DNA of 64,000 bases from Phycisphaerae bacterium (GTDB lineage Bacteria; Planctomycetota; Phycisphaerae; Sedimentisphaerales; UBA12454), in NCBI GenBank assembly GCA_041478555.1, contig JBGOWI010000002.1, positions 14,622 to 78,621 of the forward strand, written 5' to 3'. Every line of letters begins with the position of its first letter. Position 1 is the first letter of the stretch. The notes below the pieces were generated by a model. The model saw only the letters and a list, made by a program, of their open reading frames with translations, was not told the origin of the DNA and did no database searches. A program made the translations under genes and the position numbers. Positions 8,729-18,468 of this stretch are shown here, piece by piece.

Positions 8729-11127
8729 AGAGCGGCACCGAGAAACGCAACACGACGGATCTCGTATTAAAAGCAATTGATACTTCCATAAAGATTTACT
8801 CTGGTCATCTGAAGATGGGTGGAACGAATCCTGATGGCTGCCAAATCGATGCGAATAATCTCTATTTTACCATTGCAGGAAAACCTATTTTGCCCGTAAT
8901 GGGTGAGTTTCATTTCTCGCGATACCCGCGGCAGTACTGGGAAGAAGAAATACTAAAAATGAAAGCTTGTGGCATAAATATTATCGCAACTTATATTTTC
9001 TGGATTTATCACGAGGAAATCCAGGGCCAGTGGAATTGGACCGGCGATAAGGACCTTCGGCATTTCGTCCAGTTATGTGCGAAACACAACCTGTATGTCT
9101 TCCCGCGAATAGGGCCTTTCGCTCATGGCGAATGCCGTAACGGCGGTTTTCCCGACTGGGTTTGGGAAATGCCGAATAAGCGAACCGATGACCCTGTTTA
9201 TCTGTCGTATGCGAGAAAACTCTACGCTGAAATATTTGATCAACTGAAAGGGCTTTTGTACAAAGACGGCGGCCCTGTAATCGGAATCCAGGTGGAAAAT
9301 GAGTATTGGTTGGGCAAGGCGGGCGAGAAGCACATGATGACGCTGAAGAATATGGCAATAGAAATCGGCTTTGATGTCCCGCTCTATACAATCACAGGAT
9401 GGAAAGATGCTTCGATTCCGCAGGACGAATTTATTCCTGTTTGGGGCGGCTATGCGGATTTACCGTGGGAGTTGCATACTGAAAAACTGCCGCCTATGCC
9501 TGAATACTTTTTCCATCATATTCGAAACAACGAGGTAATGGATGACAAATTGCGCCTAAAGATAAACGGCTACAATGTTGACTTTTCCCGCTATCCTTAC
9601 GCTACCTGTGAAATGGGCGCGGGAATTCAGATAACAGACCATCGCCGACCTGTTGTCAGCGCCGATGATGTTTGTAGTTTGTCAATGGTCAAGCTCGGCA
9701 ATGGCTCAAATCTGATGGGTTATTTTGTATTTCACGGCGGCACTCATCCAGACGGCATAAAAACCACTATGCAGGAAGTTTATGGCCGGCCATATAAGCT
9801 TGAATATCCCGTCAAATCTTACGATTTTCAGGCGCCTATTGGCGAGTATGGCCAGATTTCTGAATCATATAAAGGCTTCAAAATCATGCATCTGTTTTTG
9901 AATGATTTTGGGCAGCTTTTAGCTCCTATGATTAGTGTTTTGCCCGAGGAGCGGCCTGCGGATGTGAGCGACAAAAAGACCTTACGTTTTGCCGCCAGAG
10001 TGAAAGATGATGCCGGTTTTCTCTTTTTCAATAATTACCAGCGGCTTACCGAAATGAATAATTTCGAAAATCGCCGCATTGATTTAAAACTGAAAAAAGA
10101 GACGCTGCTGATGCCGAGAGAACCTTTTACTGTCAAAAAAGGAATGTATTTTATTTGGCCGTTCAATTTAGCTGTGAATGATGCGTTGCTGAAATATGCT
10201 ACTGCACAATTGCTTTGCAAAATTAATCATGATGCCGTGGATACGTACTTTTTCTTTGCTATCGACGATATTGATGTTGAATATGCTTTTGATTCGACGA
10301 CTATTAAAAGTGTCAAAGCTTATGGCGCGAAGATAAGTTCAGCTAACGGGCTAACTTATATTTCCGACCTGAAACCCGGTATAGATTGCATAATCCATAT
10401 AGTTACTGCATCTAGCGTTAAGGTAGATATTGTTACCCTGGCTGCTGAACAGGCAAAACACTGCTGGAAGGGCCAAGTCTGGGGCCGACAGAGAGTTTTT
10501 CTTACTAAGGCCAGCCTTCTCTTCGGGCGAAACGACCTTAGAGTTTACAGCACTGACCCAGCACAAATGTCCTTTTCGGTTTATCCGGCTGCAGAGGAAG
10601 AACTTTTTGACGGGTTCCATAGATTGCCAAGAGAAAATGACGGCTTATTTACTCGATATATTCTGACGAGACAGTACAAGAAGGTCCGGGTGACATTTAA
10701 TGACCGCAGTTCTGTCGGCAAATCAAAAAAACAGAAAAATGGTTATAGAGAATGGTCGATACATGTGCCGCAGGATGTACTGAATGGAACGAGCGATCAG
10801 TTTCTCCGCATACACTATGTTGGGGACACGGCTCGCGCTTATATTAACGGCAGACTTGTAGCTGATAATTTTTATAATGGTCTGCCGTGGGAAATCGGTT
10901 TAAAGCGATTCGCGCCCGAAGTTTTCCAGACGGGTCTTGTTGTTCAAATTACACCCATGCGGGATCAGTCACAAATATATCTGGAAGACTGGGCAAAAGT
11001 ATCTAAAGGTCAAGAACCCAATATACAAAAAATTGAGGTTTTGCCTGAATACTCCGCAAGCATTGTCCAGTCACAGTTGCCATCGGTAACTGTGAAAAGA
11101 ACTGCGTTGTCTTTAAGTAATGATTGA
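8725..11127 (+). CDS. GH35 beta-galactosidase, cytoplasmic (no signal peptide)
   Basis: GEFHFSRYPRQYWEEEILKMKACGINIIATYIFW and GGPVIGIQVENEY are GH35 hallmarks. The TTG start overlaps the GH2 stop (TTGA). An alternative start is ATG 8815. Confidence 0.8.
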   Translation: MKSGTEKRNTTDLVLKAIDTSIKIYSGHLKMGGTNPDGCQIDANNLYFTIAGKPILPVMGEFHFSRYPRQYWEEEILKMKACGINIIATYIFWIYHEEIQGQWNWTGDKDLRHFVQLCAKHNLYVFPRIGPFAHGECRNGGFPDWVWEMPNKRTDDPVYLSYARKLYAEIFDQLKGLLYKDGGPVIGIQVENEYWLGKAGEKHMMTLKNMAIEIGFDVPLYTITGWKDASIPQDEFIPVWGGYADLPWELHTEKLPPMPEYFFHHIRNNEVMDDKLRLKINGYNVDFSRYPYATCEMGAGIQITDHRRPVVSADDVCSLSMVKLGNGSNLMGYFVFHGGTHPDGIKTTMQEVYGRPYKLEYPVKSYDFQAPIGEYGQISESYKGFKIMHLFLNDFGQLLAPMISVLPEERPADVSDKKTLRFAARVKDDAGFLFFNNYQRLTEMNNFENRRIDLKLKKETLLMPREPFTVKKGMYFIWPFNLAVNDALLKYATAQLLCKINHDAVDTYFFFAIDDIDVEYAFDSTTIKSVKAYGAKISSANGLTYISDLKPGIDCIIHIVTASSVKVDIVTLAAEQAKHCWKGQVWGRQRVFLTKASLLFGRNDLRVYSTDPAQMSFSVYPAAEEELFDGFHRLPRENDGLFTRYILTRQYKKVRVTFNDRSSVGKSKKQKNGYREWSIHVPQDVLNGTSDQFLRIHYVGDTARAYINGRLVADNFYNGLPWEIGLKRFAPEVFQTGLVVQITPMRDQSQIYLEDWAKVSKGQEPNIQKIEVLPEYSASIVQSQLPSVTVKRTALSLSND

Positions 11128-11246
11128 ACTCGCTTTAAATTAAACCACGTCTTCGCTTATGGGGAAAGCGGCTGGATTTTGATGGCAATATTGTTAATCT
11201 ACAATTCTTGCGGGATAAAAATTATTTTGGTAACGAAAGGAATGTA

Positions 11247-13451
11247 ATGGGCGGCAGCAGCAACTTAATCGGTCATTTTACTCTTCCAGTCCAAAAGGGA
11301 ATGGATGAAGAAGTACAGATGTTATGTAAGAAATGGGGTGCTGATGCTATCCGTGACAGCGACGGAACCACTTTATCACCGGAAATACTCAATATGGGAC
11401 ATGAGGTCTATTCTACTATTTGTCTTATCAGAGCTGACCAGCAATGGGCTAAAGCTCATCCGGACCAGTGTCAGCAAAAGTATCTTATATCCTTTCCTGT
11501 AAGCTGCCAAAGTGGCGAAGAATTAAGGATTAAAATCCAAAAAGGCTATAGCCATGAGCAGTTCAGGATAGACAGCAAACATGACCCTAAAAAGTATTGG
11601 GAAGTTATCGATAGAACTACCGGCCAAGTCGTAAGCACAAATGATTGGCGATATTTGGAGGCGAGCCAGGAAGTTATTATCCGAAATGCAAAAAGATGGC
11701 ATATTTATACAGTTAATTTTCTCGTCTATCAGATTTGGGAAACCACATCTATGTACAATTATATTACCAATAATTGGACGGGAGAACATCAAATGGGGCT
11801 GGACCCTCGCCAACCACAAACCTGTAAGCACCTGTTGGAGTACCTTGACCAGTGGCTTCAAACCCATCCGAAAACTGATGTTGTTCGCTTTACATCCATG
11901 ATGTATCAGTTTCCCCTGATTAAAAATGAAAACAGGGAAACTGTGTATTTGGAATGGACAGGCTATCTGGACGCTATGAGCGCACTGGCAATGGACGAAT
12001 TTGAAAAAGAAAAAGGCTATCGCTTGCGCAGCGAAGATATTGTAGATGAAGGTTACTTTAATAACTCCTCCAGAGTTCCGAAAAAGGAATTCCTTGACTG
12101 GATAGATTTCGTAAAAAAGTTCGTAAGAGCCTACACAAAGCAATGCGTGGACATGGTTCATAAGTATGGCAAGAAAGCGGTACTGTTCTTCTGCGACCAT
12201 TGGATTGGAACAGAGCCTTATATGGAAGGATTTGCAGGACTCGGATTCGATGGAATAATTGGGCCTTGCTTGAGCGGTGTTGAACTCAGAAGAATTACAG
12301 ATGTACCCGGAAATATGATTAAGGAAGTCAGATTATATCCCTACTTCTTTGCGGTTAATCTTCAGAATGAACCGGTTTTTCAGGAAGGCGGCGACCCAGT
12401 TAAGGAGTGCAGGAAGTGGTGGAAAGGGATTCGAAGGGCTTTGCTGAGGCGCTGTGCGGACCGAATCGGTTTTGGCGGCTATTTGGACCTGGTTGTGAAG
12501 CACCCTGATTTCCTGGACTATGTGGAACAATTGGCTGACGAATTTAGAACTGTACTGTACAGGACACAGAAGACACTTGCCTACAGTATTGGTAAGAAAG
12601 TAGCAATGCTCGATGTTTGGGGAAAAACCCGCTCATGGATGCACAATGACAATTGGCCCGAAGGTCACATCCCGGAGTGTTTGAGCGGCCTGCCGGCAGA
12701 AGTGGAGTTCATCAGCTTTGATGACATACGCAAGAACGGTATCAGTGATGATATCGGCGTAATTATTAATTGGGGCAGGGCCAATAGCGCCTGGAGCGGC
12801 GGCAAGAATTGGATATATCCTGACGTTGTTGAAAAAATCCGACAGTGGGTTTACCAGGGCGGAGGCTTCATAGGTGTCGAAGACCCCACTGCCTGCGAAT
12901 ACCAAGGCAGATTTTTCCAGCTTGCCGATGTCTTAGGTGTTCAAAAGGAAGTTGGAAATACTCTCGGCTGGGGCAGGAACATAAGACCGGCAGTAAATAA
13001 GACGCACTTTATCCTCGAAGATTCTGCAGGTGACCTCGAAGTTGGCGTAAGTAATTCCGCAGTTTACCTTAGTAGTGAAAAAGCAGAATTATTGGCTGGA
13101 ACCCCCGATAAAGTCCTCTTGTCAACTCATACCTTTGGTAAAGGAAGGGCAGTTTACCTGGCGGATTACAAACACAATCCGGAAAATATCCGCATAGTGT
13201 ATCGGGCAATCCTGTGGGCGGCAGGCCTTGAAAATAAACTAAAAATATGGTTTAGTTCCAACTATAATACAGATTGTGCCTATTATCCGCAGGTTAGGGA
13301 ATTTGTCGTTATGAACAACACGGATGTCTCCCAGAAAACAACTGTTTATAATGCAGATGGTAAATCTGCAGATATTTCTTTAAAACCAATGGAAATGAAA
13401 TGGTTTACGTTGGATGAGATAAATCAACGTTGTAATATACGCAAGAGATAG
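11247..13451 (+). CDS. gnpA: GH112 1,3-beta-galactosyl-N-acetylhexosamine phosphorylase (galacto-N-biose/lacto-N-biose phosphorylase)
   Basis: N terminus ..GHFTLPVQKGMDEEVQMLCKKWGADAIRDSDGT.. and a length of ~735 aa match LNBP/GNBP-type enzymes. The track ORF starts at TTG 11208; ATG 11247 has AAAGGA upstream. Confidence 0.75.
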   Translation: MGGSSNLIGHFTLPVQKGMDEEVQMLCKKWGADAIRDSDGTTLSPEILNMGHEVYSTICLIRADQQWAKAHPDQCQQKYLISFPVSCQSGEELRIKIQKGYSHEQFRIDSKHDPKKYWEVIDRTTGQVVSTNDWRYLEASQEVIIRNAKRWHIYTVNFLVYQIWETTSMYNYITNNWTGEHQMGLDPRQPQTCKHLLEYLDQWLQTHPKTDVVRFTSMMYQFPLIKNENRETVYLEWTGYLDAMSALAMDEFEKEKGYRLRSEDIVDEGYFNNSSRVPKKEFLDWIDFVKKFVRAYTKQCVDMVHKYGKKAVLFFCDHWIGTEPYMEGFAGLGFDGIIGPCLSGVELRRITDVPGNMIKEVRLYPYFFAVNLQNEPVFQEGGDPVKECRKWWKGIRRALLRRCADRIGFGGYLDLVVKHPDFLDYVEQLADEFRTVLYRTQKTLAYSIGKKVAMLDVWGKTRSWMHNDNWPEGHIPECLSGLPAEVEFISFDDIRKNGISDDIGVIINWGRANSAWSGGKNWIYPDVVEKIRQWVYQGGGFIGVEDPTACEYQGRFFQLADVLGVQKEVGNTLGWGRNIRPAVNKTHFILEDSAGDLEVGVSNSAVYLSSEKAELLAGTPDKVLLSTHTFGKGRAVYLADYKHNPENIRIVYRAILWAAGLENKLKIWFSSNYNTDCAYYPQVREFVVMNNTDVSQKTTVYNADGKSADISLKPMEMKWFTLDEINQRCNIRKR

Positions 13452-13457
13452 GTCTGA

Positions 13458-15536
13458 ATGATAACGCCTAAAGTTCCAAAGATTATATTTGGCGGAGATT
13501 ACTTTCCTGAACAGTGGCCCCAGGAAATCTGGAAGGAAGATATCCGCCTGATGAAGCAGTCCAATGTAAATATGGTCAGCATTGCCATTTTTACCTGGGC
13601 ACTTCTTCAGCCTGATGAAGATACTTATACCTTTGACTGGCTGGATAAAGTGATGGATCTTATAGCAGAAAATAATATTTATGCCTGTTTAGCCACTTCA
13701 ACGGCAGCTCCTCCTGTCTGGCTGGCCTGTAAGTACAGTGATGTTCTGCCGGTCACAGAATCGGGGCAGAGAATCGATTATGGTTCCCGGCAGGCGTACT
13801 GTATCAACAGCCCTACTTACAGAAAATTCATCCGCAAATTAGCTGAAAAAATGGCCGTCCGTTATAAGGACCACAAGGCATTGGCCTTGTGGCATATCAA
13901 TAATGAGTACGCAAACAAAAACCAAATGTGTTTCTGTGGAAACTGCGAAAAACTTTTTCGAGAGTGGTTAAAGGGAAAATATGAAACCATTGACAGGCTG
14001 AATGAAATCTGGGGTACTGTTTTCTGGGGAGAAAGATACGCTTGCTGGGAGCAGATAAATACGCCCAAGGCCAGTAGCGGCTCAAGGAATTCCACAAAGT
14101 TGCTTGATTATAAAAGGTTCTTAAGTGAAAGCTTTTTTACTCTGTATCTGGAGGAATACAATATCCTCAGACAAATTACGCCGAGTATACCTATTACTAC
14201 TAATTTTGAAGGGGACTGGCGTAAATTTGACCACTCGTTATTCAAAAACCATTTAGATGTGGTCTCGTGGAACTGTTATCCGGACCCGGCCAATCCTGAT
14301 TCGCGCAAATGGGCGGCGCTGCGACATTCTATGATGCGTTCTTTACTGGGCAGGCCATTTATGCTTATGGAACAAGCCCCTTCACAGGTGGACTGGTATC
14401 CGGTGAATATTAATAAACCTCCCGGACTGATGCGTCTGTGGAGTTATCAGGCTCTGGCTCATGGCTCCGATTCGATAATGTATTATCAGTGGCGGGCTTC
14501 CAGAAAGGGCGCTGAGAGATACCACAGTGGTGTAATTCCACATTTCGGTGAAGATTCGAGGGTATTTAAAGAGATATGCAGCTTAGGCAATGAATTGGAA
14601 AAGGCAAAAGATATTGTCGGTTCCGACATAGATTCAAAAGTGGCAATTGTTATGGATAACGATTCATGGTGGGCGATCGATAATCCATACGGTCCTGCCG
14701 GCAGTAAATCCCTTGATAATGAGGTTTTCTGGACCGCCAATGCTCAGCCCTTCCCAACAGTGCTGGTCAGTTATTTTGGCGAGCTGGAATACTATTTTAA
14801 TGCTCTGTATGACCTGAACGTTCCGGTTGATGTTATTCCCGTTCATTATGATTTCTCGAAGTATAAAATCGTTATCGCTCCGCTTCTACATATGATTAAA
14901 CCGGCCTTTAAGGAAGCCGTAGAGAGTTTTGTGAAAAAGGGCGGTATCTTTGTTACGACTTATTTTACAGGGCTGATTGACGAATCTGTAGGCGTATATC
15001 TGGGCGGCTACCCCGGACCGCTGAAAGATGTTATGGGTATCAAGGTTGAAGAATACAACCCATTACCGCCTGGCAGCAGGAACACAATGAAAATGACTGC
15101 GACGCTCAACGGTTTTAAAAAAGATTACGGCTGTTCAGTATGGTGCGATGTCATCCATACGACAGGTGCGAAGGTGTTGGCAGCATTTGCAAATGATTAT
15201 TATGCCGGCAGTCCGTGTTTTACTGAAAATCAGTTTGGAAATGGAAAAGCCTACTATGTAGGTACCAGGCCGGATGAAGATTTTATGAGAGATTTCTTTA
15301 CGAAAATTTTAAAGGAGCAGGAGATTGACTTGCCCGATTTGCCCCAGGAAGTCGAGTTGATGACCAGGTCCAAAAAAGGCAAGTCCTATTGTTTTTACCT
15401 GAATTATGGAGAAAATGAAAAGACAATAAAGCTACCCTCAGGCAGATACGAAGATATACTAACAGGAACTATCTGTGAGCGAACGCTGACTTTGGCTAAA
15501 TATGGTGTATCCATTTTAAGGAGCAAATGGCGTTGA
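13458..15536 (+). CDS. GH42 beta-galactosidase, cytoplasmic
   Basis: GGDYFPEQWPQEIWKEDIRLMKQSNVNMVSIAIFTWALLQP and WHINNEY are GH42 hallmarks; length 692 aa. Confidence 0.88.
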   Translation: MITPKVPKIIFGGDYFPEQWPQEIWKEDIRLMKQSNVNMVSIAIFTWALLQPDEDTYTFDWLDKVMDLIAENNIYACLATSTAAPPVWLACKYSDVLPVTESGQRIDYGSRQAYCINSPTYRKFIRKLAEKMAVRYKDHKALALWHINNEYANKNQMCFCGNCEKLFREWLKGKYETIDRLNEIWGTVFWGERYACWEQINTPKASSGSRNSTKLLDYKRFLSESFFTLYLEEYNILRQITPSIPITTNFEGDWRKFDHSLFKNHLDVVSWNCYPDPANPDSRKWAALRHSMMRSLLGRPFMLMEQAPSQVDWYPVNINKPPGLMRLWSYQALAHGSDSIMYYQWRASRKGAERYHSGVIPHFGEDSRVFKEICSLGNELEKAKDIVGSDIDSKVAIVMDNDSWWAIDNPYGPAGSKSLDNEVFWTANAQPFPTVLVSYFGELEYYFNALYDLNVPVDVIPVHYDFSKYKIVIAPLLHMIKPAFKEAVESFVKKGGIFVTTYFTGLIDESVGVYLGGYPGPLKDVMGIKVEEYNPLPPGSRNTMKMTATLNGFKKDYGCSVWCDVIHTTGAKVLAAFANDYYAGSPCFTENQFGNGKAYYVGTRPDEDFMRDFFTKILKEQEIDLPDLPQEVELMTRSKKGKSYCFYLNYGENEKTIKLPSGRYEDILTGTICERTLTLAKYGVSILRSKWR

Positions 15537-16663
15537 TTGGCCAAGTGAAGAAGATTATGAAATCAAAACAATACTTTTTTTTGACGATTATGATTTTATG
15601 CATTACTCAAACTGTTGCTGCGAAAGATTTTCTCATCGGTGCGGATATATCGGCGTTGACGGTGCTTGAGGAAACTGGTGCGGTGTATCGCGAGAACGGC
15701 GGGCCGAATGACCTTATTGCTATTTTAAAGAATAACGGGTTTAACACTGTACGGCTGCGTCTGTTCGTAAACCCGGACAAAAAAGGTGTTGTTACAAATG
15801 ACTTGCCTTATACCCTGAACCTTGCAAAGAGGGCCAAAGCTCACGGCATGAAATTGTTGTTGGATTTTCATTATTCAGACACATGGGCAGACCCCCAGAA
15901 ACAGAGCAAACCTGCGGCTTGGGAAAACATGTCCTTTGAAGAACTGAAACAAACAGTGCAAAGCTATACTGCCTCTGTCATAAAAGCCTTCAAAAATGAA
16001 AATGTACTTCCGAACATTGTGCAAATTGGTAACGAAATTACCCCAGGTATGCTTTGGCCCGATGGGAAAGTCAGTGAAAAATATGACAATGAACTTCAAT
16101 GGGAGAAATTCAGCTCTTTGCTTAAGGCTGGCATTGCCGGCGTCCGGGCAGCAGCCCCCGATGCCGACCTGAAAATTATGCTTCACATCGATCAGGGTGG
16201 CAAAAAAAGCGTTAGTCAATGGTTTTTTAGCAACATTAATAAGCATAAGGTTCCTTACGATATTATTGGTATAAGTTACTATCCCTGGTGGCACGGGACA
16301 ATTGAAGACCTCAAGGAAAACCTGAACTACATTGCCATGGAACTCAAGAAAGACGTAGTGATTGTGGAAACAGCCTACCCGCATACCACGGATAAATGGT
16401 ATGAACACCCTGAGGAACTGCCATATCCAATGACGCCCCAGGGACAATATGATATGCTTCACATAATTACAAAGACGGTACTCGAAACCCCTGATAAACG
16501 CGGTTGCGGAGTATGCTACTGGTTTCCGGAGTCAGTGCCGGTTGCAAAGCATAATTGGCTGGGAGGTTCTGCCGCTCTGTTTGACTCTGACGGAAATTCG
16601 CTGGCTGGTATCCATGCTTTTGCCGATGCGGCCGGTTCAAGGCAATTCAAAAAAAAGCGGTGA
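15527..16663 (+). CDS. Secreted GH53 arabinogalactan endo-beta-1,4-galactanase
   Basis: Signal peptide ..MKSKQYFFLTIMILCITQTVAA. GADISALTVLEETGAVYRENG, VRLRLFVNP, VQIGNEI and VETAYP are GH53 motifs. AGGAG lies upstream of 15527; an alternative start is 15557. Confidence 0.85.
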   Translation: MALIGQVKKIMKSKQYFFLTIMILCITQTVAAKDFLIGADISALTVLEETGAVYRENGGPNDLIAILKNNGFNTVRLRLFVNPDKKGVVTNDLPYTLNLAKRAKAHGMKLLLDFHYSDTWADPQKQSKPAAWENMSFEELKQTVQSYTASVIKAFKNENVLPNIVQIGNEITPGMLWPDGKVSEKYDNELQWEKFSSLLKAGIAGVRAAAPDADLKIMLHIDQGGKKSVSQWFFSNINKHKVPYDIIGISYYPWWHGTIEDLKENLNYIAMELKKDVVIVETAYPHTTDKWYEHPEELPYPMTPQGQYDMLHIITKTVLETPDKRGCGVCYWFPESVPVAKHNWLGGSAALFDSDGNSLAGIHAFADAAGSRQFKKKR

Positions 16664-16724
16664 GTAGAAGACCGTATCCCGGAAACAAACTGTTAACAAA
16701 TTAAAATCTCGAATTGATGGGTAA

Positions 16725-17678
16725 ATGCTTACTATGAAAAAAACTCTCGTTGTTATGGCTGCAGGAATAGGAAGCAGATATAAGGGATTTAAACAAATAG
16801 ATTCAGTTGGTCCTGATGGTGAATTTATTATTGATTATTCAGTATATGATGCTATTAGAGCCGGATTCAATAAAGTTATTTTTATTATCCGGCGTGATAT
16901 CGAACTGGAATTCAAAGCCACAATTGGCAAACGTATCGCAGGCAATATCGAGATTGTTTATAGCTTTCAGGAACTTAATGATTTGCCAAAGCAAATAGAA
17001 ATTAATCCGGAACGAACAAAACCCTGGGGAACGGTACAGGCGATTTTAACGTGCAGCAAACTTATAGATAGTCCTTTTGCGGTTATTAATGCGGATGATT
17101 TTTATGGTAAAGACTCATATAGAAAATTGTCACAGTTTTTGGATACTGCTTTGTTGGACAAAAGTATTTATTGTATGGTAGGATTTAAGCTTAGTAGTAC
17201 TTTATCTGAATACGGCGGTGTGACGCGAGGTATATGTAAGTCAGGAGAAAATAATATGTTAGAAAGTATTGTGGAAACTTCAGGGATTAGTTATAAGGAG
17301 GGTCAAATCTATTTTGAAGATTTGGCTGGAAATAAGAGAGAATTAAGCGGAGATACTTTAGTGTCAATGAATATGTGGGGGTTTACTCCAACAATATTTG
17401 GATTATTAGACGAAGAATTTCAAATTTTTTTACAATCTTATGCAAAAGACTTAAAACAAGAGCTGGTTATACCAACAACAGTGAATAGCTTGATTACTAA
17501 AGGTAAGGCTTTAGTTAAAGTATTAAGTACTTCAAGTGATTGGTTTGGGATTACATATCGCAGCGATAGAGATGAAGTTAAAACGAGAATTCATCAATTA
17601 ATACAAGCCGGGGAATATCCAAATAATCTTTGGAAAGGATGTCCGTTGCTCTGTCCAGCTGAGCTACGAGCGCAATAA
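16725..17678 (+). CDS. Sugar-1-phosphate nucleotidyltransferase family protein; last 12 codons derive from a tRNA fragment
   Basis: VVMAAGIGSRYKGFKQID is an NTP-transferase G-loop. The C-terminal ..GCPLLCPAELRAQ is encoded by the 34-nt tRNA-derived repeat. Confidence 0.7.
   Translation: MLTMKKTLVVMAAGIGSRYKGFKQIDSVGPDGEFIIDYSVYDAIRAGFNKVIFIIRRDIELEFKATIGKRIAGNIEIVYSFQELNDLPKQIEINPERTKPWGTVQAILTCSKLIDSPFAVINADDFYGKDSYRKLSQFLDTALLDKSIYCMVGFKLSSTLSEYGGVTRGICKSGENNMLESIVETSGISYKEGQIYFEDLAGNKRELSGDTLVSMNMWGFTPTIFGLLDEEFQIFLQSYAKDLKQELVIPTTVNSLITKGKALVKVLSTSSDWFGITYRSDRDEVKTRIHQLIQAGEYPNNLWKGCPLLCPAELRAQ
17643..17676 (-). repeat. 34-nt direct repeat, left copy: 5' part (acceptor, D-arm and anticodon-stem start) of a tRNA-Arg gene
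   Basis: tccgttgctctgtccagctgagctacgagcgcaa is identical base for base to 28962-28995. The reverse complement reads GCGCTCGTAGCTCAGCTGGACAGAGCAACGGA. Confidence 0.9.
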
Positions 17679-17753
17679 CTTTTAAGTGCTTGTAATATAA
17701 ACAGTTTTCGCTCATTTTGTCAACTTTTGAAATGTCCGGAAAATCCAAAAAGT

Positions 17754-17962
17754 GTCAAAAAAGCGTCGGTCGCCACCGGTAAACCACTCCAGTTTCTAAC
17801 TTGTTACTCACTTGTCAACCACTTGTAAGTCTCATTTTTGACCAAAAAACGCGATATTTTTTCCCGTCTGCCAAAGCACACATCATCAGGAGTTACATTG
17901 CCGATGGCTTCATGGTATTGCCGGCTGTTGTACCACTTTACGAACCCGGCAATTTCTGTGTC
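17754..17962 (-). mobile_element. IS remnant: the last ~50 codons of a DDE (rve) transposase plus the element end
   Basis: Minus-strand translation reads ..[52 protein letters not shown], a typical rve C-terminal tail. No upstream catalytic part is present. 17754-17857 is repeated at 28823-28915. Confidence 0.75.
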
Positions 17963-18355
17963 AGAGACATAACTACTGCCGCCTATCCGGACTGCCGGGT
18001 CAGTTTCGAGGCTGCTCGCGGCCAGATACTTGGTTTTGCCGGTCTGGTTGGTGCGGGTCGAGGCGAAATGGCTCGTGCTGTCTTTGGTGTTGATCAGGTA
18101 CTGTCCGGTTCGATTACCTTAGTCGGTCGTGAACTGCAAATTTGCTTTGCTAAAGATGCTATTAAAAACGGAATCTATCTTGTGCCGGAAAACCGTAGAA
18201 AACCAGGTCTTGTTGTTGAAATGTCTTTCCGAGAAAACATAACGCTTTCCGATTTTGAAAGCCATGCTGCGATTGGCTTGATAAAAGGCCGGCTGGAAAC
18301 CATCACAGCTCGGTCCCAATCTGAAGCGCTAAGTATTAAAGTGCCGTCTGTTGAA
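17963..18355 (+). pseudogene. Internal fragment of a sugar ABC importer ATPase (RbsA/MglA-type second NBD)
   Basis: ..[55 protein letters not shown].. lacks an N-terminal NBD, and an LSGGNQQK signature is missing after ~18355. Track ORF 17801-18472 is a chimera of this fragment and the antisense IS tail. Confidence 0.7.
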
Positions 18356-18468
18356 ACTTTGTTTTTGGATATGGCGAAAATAGTGTTTAGCGAAACAGGT
18401 GCACTACCAGATTATTCCGGTGCAGTAGAAATTCTCACTCGGCTGAACAAAGTTGACCGGCATTATGA

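Noticed and set aside
11523-12200. Long antisense ORFs inside large genes. Examples: 11523-12200, 15875-16462, 30852-31505, 32663-33178, 43284-43877, 44356-44838, 50596-51156, 55330-55845 and 59463-59951
   Set aside because: All lie opposite genes with strong family motifs, and they lack RBSs and recognisable domains. They are typical shadow ORFs.
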